Below are positions 27,101 to 39,100 of a stretch of 64,000 bases of DNA, one piece after another. The position numbers and the translations under genes are program-made. How positions within the stretch are numbered: the first letter of the stretch is position 1; the number at the start of each line of letters is the position of its first letter. The notes under the pieces were generated by a model. The model was not told the DNA's origin. It did no database searches and saw only the letters and a program-made list of their open reading frames with translations. This DNA is from Phoronis australis (lineage: Eukaryota; Animalia; Phoronida). The DNA is taken from positions 156,674 to 220,673 of the forward strand of contig NMRA01000611.1 in NCBI GenBank assembly GCA_002633005.1, read 5' to 3'.

Positions 27101-30100
27101 CACAATGATAGCCAGCCTGTATTTCCATTGCCAGCCATCTTCTATTCCTAACAATGTTATGAGAATTGGATGTTGTAATAAGTACTTGTATTTGTCATTT
27201 GTACTTGCCTAACCCAACTTATCTGGATCATTTTATTAATAACGATTTGAGATATGGATAGTACTCAACGTTGTCCTTATTTAATATCATTATTTGTATT
27301 TGATTTGTTTCACAATGTATTGCAACTGACTGTACCAAGCCTTCTCATGCAGAGCGCAAAGTTAGGGAGCAGCAACCCCAGATTTAATCCTGGGGGATTT
27401 CATCTGTTGCCCAGATTTTAGTGAGCGGACACTTGCATCAAAATACATTTGAAGTACAACAACTGAAGATTTTCTGTAGATGAAATGTCCCAAAGTGTGT
27501 TAATTATGCTTTTTTGCGTATCGCCTGGTGTTATTCTCTATTGTTCAATGTGCCAACAAACTGGTTAGCTATTAGATTTAACGCAAATCACCTAATTCCA
27601 AATTGAAGTTTATCTCATTCTGGTTGATACAACTGAGTAGACAGCTGTAATTTCTTAACGCCCACTCCTGGATTGTTTGAAAGTTTACAATGCAGTGTTC
27701 TCCTGTTAACACCCACCTATAATTTACATAGTTGAGGTTTACAGCAAAAATTCTCCAGTTTGAGACTGGGAAAAATTAATTGTTTTGGTCTAAGTTGGAG
27801 CTTGTACAAAATGAGCGATTTTATTGACTGTCCCAAATTCGAGAATTATGAGAAAGACAAACTTTGTTTAGGGAGTTATTTTGGACAATTTTATTTCAAA
27901 CTTCATTATTGATACTAAATCCAGTCACTAATATTTGAAAATATGATGAATATCAACATTACACATATCCGAATCTGCCGAATCAACTTTGGCTTGAATT
28001 TCAGTGTATCAAACTAAAGAATTTTTACCCCAATGTCTTTTTTTAGTGCCCATGAGTTTCAACTACACAGGTAAGAACAATAATGATTTATCTGAATGTC
28101 AGCATTACAACTTTCTGCTCAGGGTTACTTAATGTGTTCAATGGGGTTACAACAACTAGCCAGTCACAACTATCAGCAAATACCATTAATAGTAATGTAC
28201 CTGGTGACTTTTATGTACCACTCAGTGCGCTTTAAATTTCTTTTTCTTGCTATGTAAAGCAACTGGCATGAATGAAGCGTACTGTGTGTTTTATTCAAAT
28301 CAGACATGCGGTAATTATCAACTCAAATTTTCTCTAATTTTTTCTAACATTACTATTAAGTTGAAGAGCTGTTCCTGCTTTTCAATTTACCACTAGATGG
28401 CTATACTAATTACATAACTGTCAAGTCTTCCTAAAAACTTGACTATATCCATGTGAATGACCCATTTTGAAGTGGTATTGGTACTTAGTTATCATTTTGT
28501 GCATACTACACAGGTCAGTTCACGTCCGTTCACATAATTTGGACAAGGTAGTGCTCCACAGTGCGCCTCGACATTATAAAACAGTGCTCCGTTAGTGTTA
28601 GGTTCACCTCCAGAGATCACCTCTGGGGCTTCATCTACACAATTGAATGATGACTTATGATGACTATAGTGCCCCGCCATTAGGTATCCACTGTACTCTT
28701 TGGTCCAGGTGGCAGGACATTCTCTCCAGGCTGGAATCATGAGTTGAGAGGCTCTCGACGGGGTGTAGCATACAGCACAGGGTGCGTTGTGATCATTCAG
28801 GTTTGCACCATTTGCGTTTACCAGAGAAAACACGTTAAACACGTGGGTCTCATATTCAGTTCCATGTATAAAAGAATTACTCTGGAAGCCATCTTTGTAT
28901 TTTCCCCATTGTGGATCATGTGGGAGACAAAGCTTCTCACTTCCACCTCCAGAGTGACTGTAATAAGAACTTGCTACAATCCCATCATACAACAGTGTGG
29001 ACGTTGCTGGACAAGTTGTACGTCCCCACCGTGTGTACACAGCTCCGCCTGCAGTCCCATTGAGGTACTTTACTTCAGGTTTTGCCTTAAGTGCTGACAG
29101 TGTGGTCTCCTGGAATATACTCAACACTCTCTTCAATTCTTCTGCTTTCATCCCATCGGCACCTGGAGGGCCACGTTGACCGTCACGCCCATCTCGTCCA
29201 GGGGGTCCTTGAAGACACCGAGACTGGGTCACGTCTCCTGTATTGGGGTTATCGGCAGACCGCCTTTGTCGGGAAATTGGTGTTGTTTGGTTCCGGTCAA
29301 GATTATTTTTGTCAGGAGTATTGTTTATGATATCGTTGCCATGTTTACTTAGTATCGTTGCATGCATGATTCTAAGACGTCGCTCTGTTTTTATTTCTGT
29401 CAGAGAAAGGCGAATCTGCAGGCGATTGTTCTCTTCCTTGAGTTTTGCTAATTCCGAGTACAGTGTTGTTTGATGTTCCACTAGTATGTTATCTTTGAGC
29501 TTGTCTTGGAATACATCATACTTCTTGACTGTCTTGTCCTGCAGTTGTTGTACCTCAAAGAGAACGTAGATGGCCAGTCCAAAACTGACCAAGGCTAACA
29601 ACAAGAAGCCAGCCAAAATGGCCACCACTGATGCTGTGTACCGTCTTCCATGTTTGTCTTTGGTCTCTGATTGTCTCATTGTTAACGTTTGACGGTTGAC
29701 TGAAGGTTGAAAGGTGACCCATGTATTATATAAACTGATATGTGCCGAGTTATTTACTCATGAATCTGATTCACCTTTGGATATTTAGTTTTCCATATAT
29801 TTTGTGCAGGCTTTCATCAAATCATGCTTGTGGTCTTTGGTGCTATATATCTCATGAGTGATAAAGATATTAAGTAATGGCGGGCTTTGAATCAAAAGTA
29901 ACAAATTTTGCATTTTTCCTGAATTAACTGCTTCAAAGAGCATTAAGTTCAGAAGTGCGAAAGTTGCATAGTCTCAGTAATCGTCCATTTGATTTATGTA
30001 CTCATTGTAAGATCCCTATTTTCATTTTTTAAGAAAAGTTCTTGTCATTGTTGCGAGTGCCCACAAATTTTCAAATTGTCTGATGGCAGTTGCAGAACAG

Positions 30101-33100
30101 AATTTAAATATGGAAATTTGAAAGCGCTGAAATCATTACATGTCTTTATACGGCCATGCAACGACTATATCATTTGGTCCATCAGGTCTTTGTGTTGCTG
30201 ATGAGAATTAGGCCACGACTGAGGTTGACTTTCGGATGGGTCCAACTACTGTGTTGCCCCCTCGTGGCGATTTTGTTTTTTGCATCTGTGGCTGATACTC
30301 CTTTACCCTTTGAAGGAACTTTGTGAAATTTGAAAGATGTATTTATATGGAGCCATCAACAAACAGTATTGAGTGTCGAACTGATCCAGACACCATTGGG
30401 CCCCCTACTGGCAATTTTTTTTTCGTTTGCCCCTGTATCTTTGGATTTCAGTAATGTATTTTCTTGGAATTTGGAAAATAAGTTTCTATTAAAGAGACAA
30501 CAACACCTTCCCATTTTCGGACAGATTAAATTTTGATTTTTCTACACCACCTGCATGTTTTTGACGTCTGCCTCTCTATCTGCCAAACCACTCAAAGAAC
30601 AATTTAATTATGAAAATTGAAGGTTGACATGTGTTCCTCATGCGAAGACCCTGGCTGACGTTGATATCTGCATGTTTTTTTACTATTCTGGCACCCCTTA
30701 GGGGCAGTTTTGCTTTTTGAGTCTCCTTTAACCCATTGAAATATCTTGGTGAAATTTGGCAGATGTTCTTCTATATAGATGGCAACAGATGACAATGGGT
30801 TTCAGACCAATCGGACTATAGTTGTGACCCCTAGGTCAATTGTTTTTTACTTTAACTTTGCCTATATATCTTATGAGTTCCGTGAATTACTTTCATGAAA
30901 TTTGGTTTAAGTCAGTTGTGTTTTACAGAGACGATTCTACCTTCAATCAATTCACATGGATTTGACGCATTCTGTGCCATCTAATGGCTATCTTTATGAT
31001 AATAAAACACCCATAGAAGCACACTGTTTGCACAGTGTTTAGTGGGCGCATTTCAACCCTCTGCGTTGCTCTTGTTTAAAACGTGGTAAAATAAATTTCC
31101 CTTACTGCTCCGTTGTGTATTGAATTGGTGAGATTTGATAGTAAAGCATCACCAACTTTTGTCCATTTCTCTTCAGAATGTTATTTTTTTCTTTTTTGTC
31201 TTTTAATGACAACTTTGAATGTCTCTTATTTCAGATTGCCAAGACTCACTTGGACTTTGTGGTACTTCACCAGTTCCCTGAGCTATATGCAGATGTGCTT
31301 GTACTCCTGTTAAAAGGTTAGATAACATTTTGCAACCCCAAGATGATTCACTGATGCGAACAAAATTGACTGCCAAAATTGCTGTTTTCTGTAGTGGTCA
31401 CACTCATTGGGGTCCTGCAGTTTTAGAACCAGTTTTCTACTGAATAACGGGCGTGAAACTGGTTCTCAAAATACAGAATGCCTATGAGTGATTATTGCCC
31501 CTTTTTCGCTTTCAATAAGGCTTCTGAAATTGTTGCGATTGCCCACAATTGTTTATTTTTATTATCTGGTGGCAGGTTCAGCTTCAAAACTGATTCTACT
31601 TAGTGATAAAAATATAAAAGTTCGCTTTTTCATCTTTTTTTGTTTTACGCTTTGCCATTAGCTACTGACACCTTCTGTTGAGTTTGGTACATTTTGAAGG
31701 TCAGTAGGAATCTTTTTAGTAATTTTATTGCCATTTCACTTGAAATTTAACTGAGGTGTAGTATGTAAATTTCCACAATTTTCATTAGGGACCTAGTACA
31801 GGGGAAATTTCAACCCAAACCCCAATTAAGTTAACGTGAAATGAAATTCAAGTTTTAATTACCCCTTTCCCTGCCAACACAGTAGAGAGCCATCTGGCTT
31901 GGCTGCCAACATTCAACAGGCACATAGTTTTATGACATTATGGGTGTCATAAAGGATTACATTAGGTTATTGAGCAGCCAAAACATCTGGACTGAATTCA
32001 ATGAGCTATAATTTTGGTTCCCATTAGCAAACTTCAGTCATCTGACTATCATCATCAGACGGTCAGTTTTTACCCTTACTGGGTTCTTCATGTTTTGGGT
32101 AATGGAAAGAACTAAAATTTTAGATTCAGAATTGGTATTTTAATCCCCTGTCTATGCTCAGTTGCCAAACATTGGTGAATTTTTATGTGGTATGCAATAC
32201 TTTCAGGTTCATGTGAAGGCCACCTGCATCCCAACGTCTGGGATAAGTACATGGTGACGATGGGCTGCAAGTCTTACCCCACATGTGGACATTTCTATCA
32301 ACAGTCCTTACATGACCACCCGAACAGTGTGATATCATTACAGCAGGTTTGTGGCTTGATTTTACTTTCGTTTGTAACCATAGCGATATTGAAATTTTAT
32401 CAAGTCAGCATTCATGGTGCTATCTATTACGAAGTTTTCCAATTGAAATTTCATGCAGGAAAACGGAAGCAGTAATGATCGCAAACACACACTTTAGGAT
32501 TGTTCACGTGCTCGATTTCTGCTTGTATAGCCCCGTCCTCCATTGAACTCTCTGATTTGCTGGCTGAGGTAGAAAAGTTCATTGCAACCTATTTTTTTAA
32601 CAAAATGTCAAGCGCTCCTGTGTTGATTAATAAACTTGAAGAACAATTTAAATTCCACATGCACCTCTGCCATTTATCCCTTTGCCACTTTTTTGTCAAT
32701 ATTGCAACTCAAAATGCTACACAGCATGGTGAATTATGTAGTAATTATGAGTGATTATGGCTATTCTGAATGCTTGTGAAGGAACAGGAAATGTGCTTGA
32801 AAGTTGTTGCATTGTGGGTAAATGCCTAAGGGTGAGATTGAAGTTGTGCCATTTCAGGAGGGGCCTATTTTTAGGACAGGGTTTGCACGCTTTTTAATGT
32901 TTTATCACTATTTCCATAAGTGTGTCTGTGTGGAACCCTGCAGCCCACCATTTCAGTGTTAGCCTTACAAATATGGAGAAATATGCTGACCAGTTCATAG
33001 AAATCACGATAGATGGCACTTGCAGCATGGGTGCGAATTGGTTGGGATTTACGGAGTTGCCAAACTGTTTAGACATTTTTAAGACATCATAAGTGAGAAA

Positions 33101-36100
33101 TTTTGTTCTGTTAATAGGTGCTAGAGACCCTGGAATGGCTAGCAAACTATTTCCAGCAGGCAAGAACTGCTGAACCATCCCACGAGCCTTTTGGTCTGTA
33201 TCCCCGCTGGTCTCATTACCTGAAGCCAGTCGCTTGTGTCATCGGATATTTGTGCGGCATTCTCATCACTCGCGGTCCAGCAAGTTTCAGCATTTCTAAC
33301 CACAATCCAGAGTCGGGTATGATTTTTTTGAAATGTAGATGTCCTGACTTTTAATGAGTACATTCTGTACCTCTTCAGTCAATTTAGCATCAATTTGCAT
33401 ACATACCAATTTCCTACAGTTTTAATCCAAGAGACTTTGATAAAAACGGCAAGATCTTCTTTAGGCTGCATTTGATAGCAGTATGAAAGTTTTTTCTTGA
33501 AATCAGATGGAATTTTTTTTATTCCTTAAATAATGCTGCAAGTTAGTATTAAACATGGCAGCACCGATATTGTGCAAAATCCAATTAGATCTTATGTGCA
33601 TGGCAGAAGTGAAAGTTTCACTTCTTACATATATGCCCGCTAATGTTGCGGTAATTAAGAGAGGGTCATGAAAGTCACCAGGTCATGATTTGTAAAAGTT
33701 GTCCACATAGGAATTTTCTCTAGTTAAACCTCTATGTTTTAACCTCAGATGAAAGTTCAAAGCTCTATGATACGTAAGTTGTCTGGTTATATCCATAGAG
33801 TATAATGCTCTGTATAGACTTATCTTTTACTGGGAACCGACTGGTGCACGGTTTATGACATAATTCAGGGATTGCAGAGATGACCAGGCAGCCCATGTGG
33901 ACCGTGGAACTTAAGAGATATTGTGTTCATAACAGGGTAAAAAAATCTAACGCTTGGGTCACGCTCTCAAATTTGGGACACTGAGAAATTCAAACAAAAA
34001 TTTTGATTTTCTTGATCCAAGGATTGGGACATGGGCTATTTTGGCATTCATCATATTTGTCAAATATCAAGCACCGCGTTATGTGTCACTTTGCCATTCA
34101 TAATTGGAAATAACTGCGGATGCATTGTTTTCGTGCATCCTCAATGTGTAATATCGAGATCAATGATGTTTTCGACTGGTCTTGTCATGTGTTTCATCAT
34201 ATAACTGCAAAACATGTATCATTTATCGAATCACATTAATTCTAGAATTACGGACTTGGGTAATTTTGTTGCTATTTTATTAAATTTTTAAGTTTGAGAC
34301 AACCAATATCGCCTGTTCTTTTAAAATTTGGTACAAGCTGTGGGTCTTTTTCACTGTCCCAAACTGGAGAACTTTCAGCGCAAGAATCAATCTTCTACTT
34401 ACATTCGGTTGATTGAGCAACTTGGATTTTTCGTCTTGCTTAAGACTGCTGCGACGATGCAATCAAGGAGTGTACGAGTATAGGAGAGTTCACTCCGCCA
34501 TTTTACCATTCGCCGCAATGGTTACCGGTCGAAACACTAGCGCTCCAAGCGGTGAATAATCAATACTTACTTAGGAGCGCAGTCCGAACAATGTAAACAC
34601 TGATGAATTCATACTTTAATGACGTTCAACGTGCAATAAAATTACTGTGTGATTGAAAATGGTTAGAATACGTAAACTAACATCCACTTATAATCGNCGG
34701 CGCTAGTAGTAGCGGTAACAGCGAACTCGCAAGTGAACTCTCCTATACTACTACACTCCTTGATGCAATGTTGTAATGATTATTATAATAAGTTAAATTT
34801 GTGTCTTCCAAAGCATACACTCTTTGTTAAATTGTATTGAATATCGATTTGTTCATTATTAAATCGTAAAGTGATGCCAGTGCATGTCATTTCAGTACTG
34901 TCTAGGATATGGGGTGAAGTGATCAGGGTCTTCTCTCCATGGATCGCTCCATTGGACAGAGGAGCTGTCACTCATTGTGCGTGGGTGGAGTCTGACAGCG
35001 AGTCAGCTGGCCGTTTTGTAACAGTCTTTGTTGAAGCAGCTCTTCTTCTTCACCGACAGTTTGAAGGTACTGAAATTAACGAAAAATTAAGTTTAAATTC
35101 TTGGTATTTGTATGCTGTGTTAAAGCATTCGTTTTGTTCAATGGACATATTGTTGTCTTGTATATGGTATATGTAACTACTTATTCAATTTGCGCAACTC
35201 CAGATCTCTGTGGCTGCCTGTGTCTCACGAGTGTTAAGTGTCACTGAACCTGTCCCAGATGATATCGGGCCCCGTTCATGAAAAAAACTTGTGCTCATGT
35301 CTTAAGTCAGAAATTCTGTCTTGCACTCTCACTTCACTGTAACCAAATAAATTTTTACCTGATTACATATCACTTTGAGTCTATCCTCTGGGACTTTGAA
35401 CTTTGCTAATAAAAGTGAAATTATTTTTTCGTAAGTAGTTTTAGAGCATAAGGTGAATTTCCAACTTAAGCAGTCACTTTCCATGCGCCCACATATTTAT
35501 ATAGGCATCTATTGGTGAAATGACAATATCATCTTGTTTTTGGATGGAATCGAGGTATTTTGCGCCACCTAGTAGCCATTTTTACTGTTCTCAAATCTTG
35601 TTTTTGGTGTCCACCCCTCGATCGTAAATGTTTTCAGTGTGAAGAGGATTGGCTTCTGTGGCGCCTTCTAGTGGTAGTTTTGTTTTGTTTTTCACCCATA
35701 GCTGTATATCCAAAACGCACTGCAGGATCTTTATTAAATTTAGTATCAATGTGAATTTATAAGAAGATAACAGACGGCGACTTTCAGGCGGATCGAACGG
35801 ACGCAGTGCCCACTAGTGGCAATTTCATTTTGTTCTGTTTTCTTTTATTTCTCTGAAGTTCCTTGACAGATTTTTATGAAATATGGGATATTTCTGTTTT
35901 TGGATGGATTGTACATTTTTGCGCCATCTAGTGGCCATTTTTATGATACGTTATGAAATGAACTCAGTTGATGCCCTGAATGGGTGTGGTAGCTGTCTAG
36001 TTAACTCTGAGCAGTGATAAAAGGTTGCTATAATTATACAACAGAATGATTGTGTGCTATGGCAGGCCAAGGTGGGGGGTTGACCTCAATATGCAATGTA

Positions 36101-39100
36101 CATTAACGTTTGGGTACTAAGTCTTTAACGACAATAATTATTGTTCTTGATTTCAAGAGTTGTTATTAATTAGTTCTTGAACTTCAGTGCCCATTACTTC
36201 TACTTATATTGTAGGTTCACTGCCGGTATTCTCTCACAACATTCCCTCCCTCGTGTTCGACTACTACTCTAAGCAGATTGCTTGCCCTGGTTGTCCAGAG
36301 TATGTGCTGCAAGTATTTCACTTTAAGTTTGCTCGCCTTCCATGGAATCAGTTTAGACCAAGTGTCGATGCTCTCGATTACATGACCAAGGTATTTGCGA
36401 ACTTATAATGTTGCAGTTTCATTCAGAATTTACCACAAATTTTCTGTAACGTGTAACTGAAAATTTTTACTTGTTATTAGTTACAAGCAGACTCGACTTA
36501 CTTTGTGACTTTTACATTTTAATATTTCAGTTTCACTTTGGGTGCGGTTGCTGGATATCAACAACATCATGTTCTCACGTGACACACTGCCGTCGTTGAA
36601 AATCTTTTTAATGTCGTAAAACATTCTTAATTGTCTATTGGATAATGTTTTCACATTTTTTATATTGCATTCGGTTTCCCTTGATAGTTGTGTGATCAGA
36701 GTCATCCGAACTCCCCCGGCAAGTACAGCTGCCTACAATTCCTAGCGAGCATTGCTCCCTCCCTGCCCTGGGGTGAGATGGTCCAGTTCTACGCCCAGTA
36801 CGAGCCACCTGAGATCACCATGCGCTTCCATGCCCACCTGCTGCAGCTGCTCGTCCAGATATTCCTGGAAAGCTCTGTGCTTCAACTATCTGAGGTGAGA
36901 CTCGTGGTCATTCTGATCCCTGCCTGGGTTTTAGCCTTCACTCATTACAAAAGACTGTTGTGTTAATTATGAACTACCAACTTCATGTTCTTGTTTCAAG
37001 TGGTTTCTTTGCCTGTATGTCTGTATAATGGACTGATCCGTAGGGTGATTCCAGGTCGTATTGACTTCGGGAGAGTATTGCTCCATGTGACTAGATTGCC
37101 TGAGGGACCAGTCGCTTTTCTTCTGATTTGTTTGTTCTGTTTAGTTTCTCAATAGATTATTGTTCTTGTTTGCTTTCATGTATTGACATTGCCTGCTCGC
37201 TTTGTAGTCCAAGAATTAGGATTTCTATAGCATCTGAGTGGTCATGTCGCGAGTAGCGACATCTGGCGTCATGAACGGAAAGTGGGATTCTTCATCTAGC
37301 TTAGTCAGTATTACTTTGTATCAGAGATTACCTTACAGTTTTTTAGCCAATCCGAAGGTATCAGTGGTCAAAGACATGTAATGTATCATGATACTCAGGG
37401 AGAGTTCGCAGTCCATCACTGCATTATACAATGATATCATTGTTACTCGTTTCTGTACTTGTGACCTATCAATTGTTAAATAACAAAAGTCATGTTATGG
37501 ACGATTTTTTGTACTATTTTTCACACCATGTCCTTAAACTGCATGTCAACAACCTTAGATTTAATCATCTCGTCTCTGATGCTCATCGTTTGTGAGGCTC
37601 CCATTCAAACACGATGTTCACCGGCATGTGACTAGCACTGCATTTAGCATCTTGTCTTCTTGTGCTCAGTTTTGAGTACACGGAAAGAAATTCATGCATG
37701 AGTGTGAATGTGTTGAGGTCCTTATGGAAACCAGTGATCAATGGAGAAGACATAATTGACTTCAGCTGGTGAGCCATTATAGAGACCTTCATGAGACAAC
37801 TCCTACGCTAACATTTAGGGTCTTGTTACACCAACACCTATACAAGCCTAAGCCAGACCGTGGTTAACCCTTAATAATAAATTAAAAAATTAATGGTTGT
37901 GGCTTAGCCGTGATGCTCGCTAATTTGTGTAATGATGCATCGATTTTATAAATTCAAAGACAGCTAATTTTTACTGTTCAATTTCAAAAACAGTAGTGTT
38001 GGTGGTTTGCCTTTATTCCATTGTTTGTTTTTTTGACATTGAAACTGGTATGCTAAATAGGTGCGTTGGTTTACAACCGGCATTATCTCCTCGAATACAT
38101 TCAGCCAAGCCCGTGAATAGGCTCTAGCTTACTTTAATCTATAACGGCGCCATCAAGCCTTTGATGGGCCAAGGAATTTGCTGGACACTCTGGGGTATAC
38201 AGCGTGTGCTTTCTCGTCCACTTGTGTGCAAGTCCTTGTAGCGTAAGATTTACCTTATGTTGTCAAGTGTTCTCATTTAATTGCATTTATTTTTTATTGA
38301 TCTCATTCTAGTCTCAAGTGGACTCCCTGTCTATGCTAGCTCTGGATGCAGAGCAGTTCTACTGGCATTTCTTAGATGACGTCAGCTACAAGTCCATCAT
38401 TGAGATCTTCTTGCTCAACTGTGATCCACGCTGTGTCCTGGCTGAACGCACAGCTACTGTGGCCCAGGCTTTCAGGTAGGACATAGAGACTGTGATGTCT
38501 TTCCTGTAGTTTAAGATGGAGTGACGTTGAAACATGCTGAGACCACTACGATGTTTTCAAGCCGGCAAAAGCCATAATGGAGAATTGTCCCTTCTCTGAC
38601 TCGTAGATAACTTTGTTTCCACATATCTGTCATTAGAAATCTGAAAAATGACGATTATAATGTCTGCGGGTGGACAACATGGAAAATGAGAAAAGGATAA
38701 ATTTAAAATTAATAGAAAATTTGATATTGGAAAAACATCCATTGGTTTATCCATTCAATGAGGCTTCTTCTACTGAATCAATCTTTCCGAGTGCTGGCGT
38801 CATGATTTTGTTAAGCAAAACACAACTTAATCTTTGTACTGTATTGTAGGCTTCTGCGATTGGCTGCTGGTTTCATGCCCCTTACAGGGGTGCAGGTGCA
38901 TGCGAAGACGTTTGAAAAACAACGCTGCTTTATTCAGAGTTACGTGCGGTTGATTGCTCAGTGCACACGTCTGTCCAATAGTCACCTTGGTGCGGTACAA
39001 CTGGTGTTGACCAACCTCTTAACAGACTGTGAGACTGTGCTCAGCTCTGGTAGGTTAGGCGTTGCATTCTGATTGCATGATTTTTTGCTTAGTTAATGCA

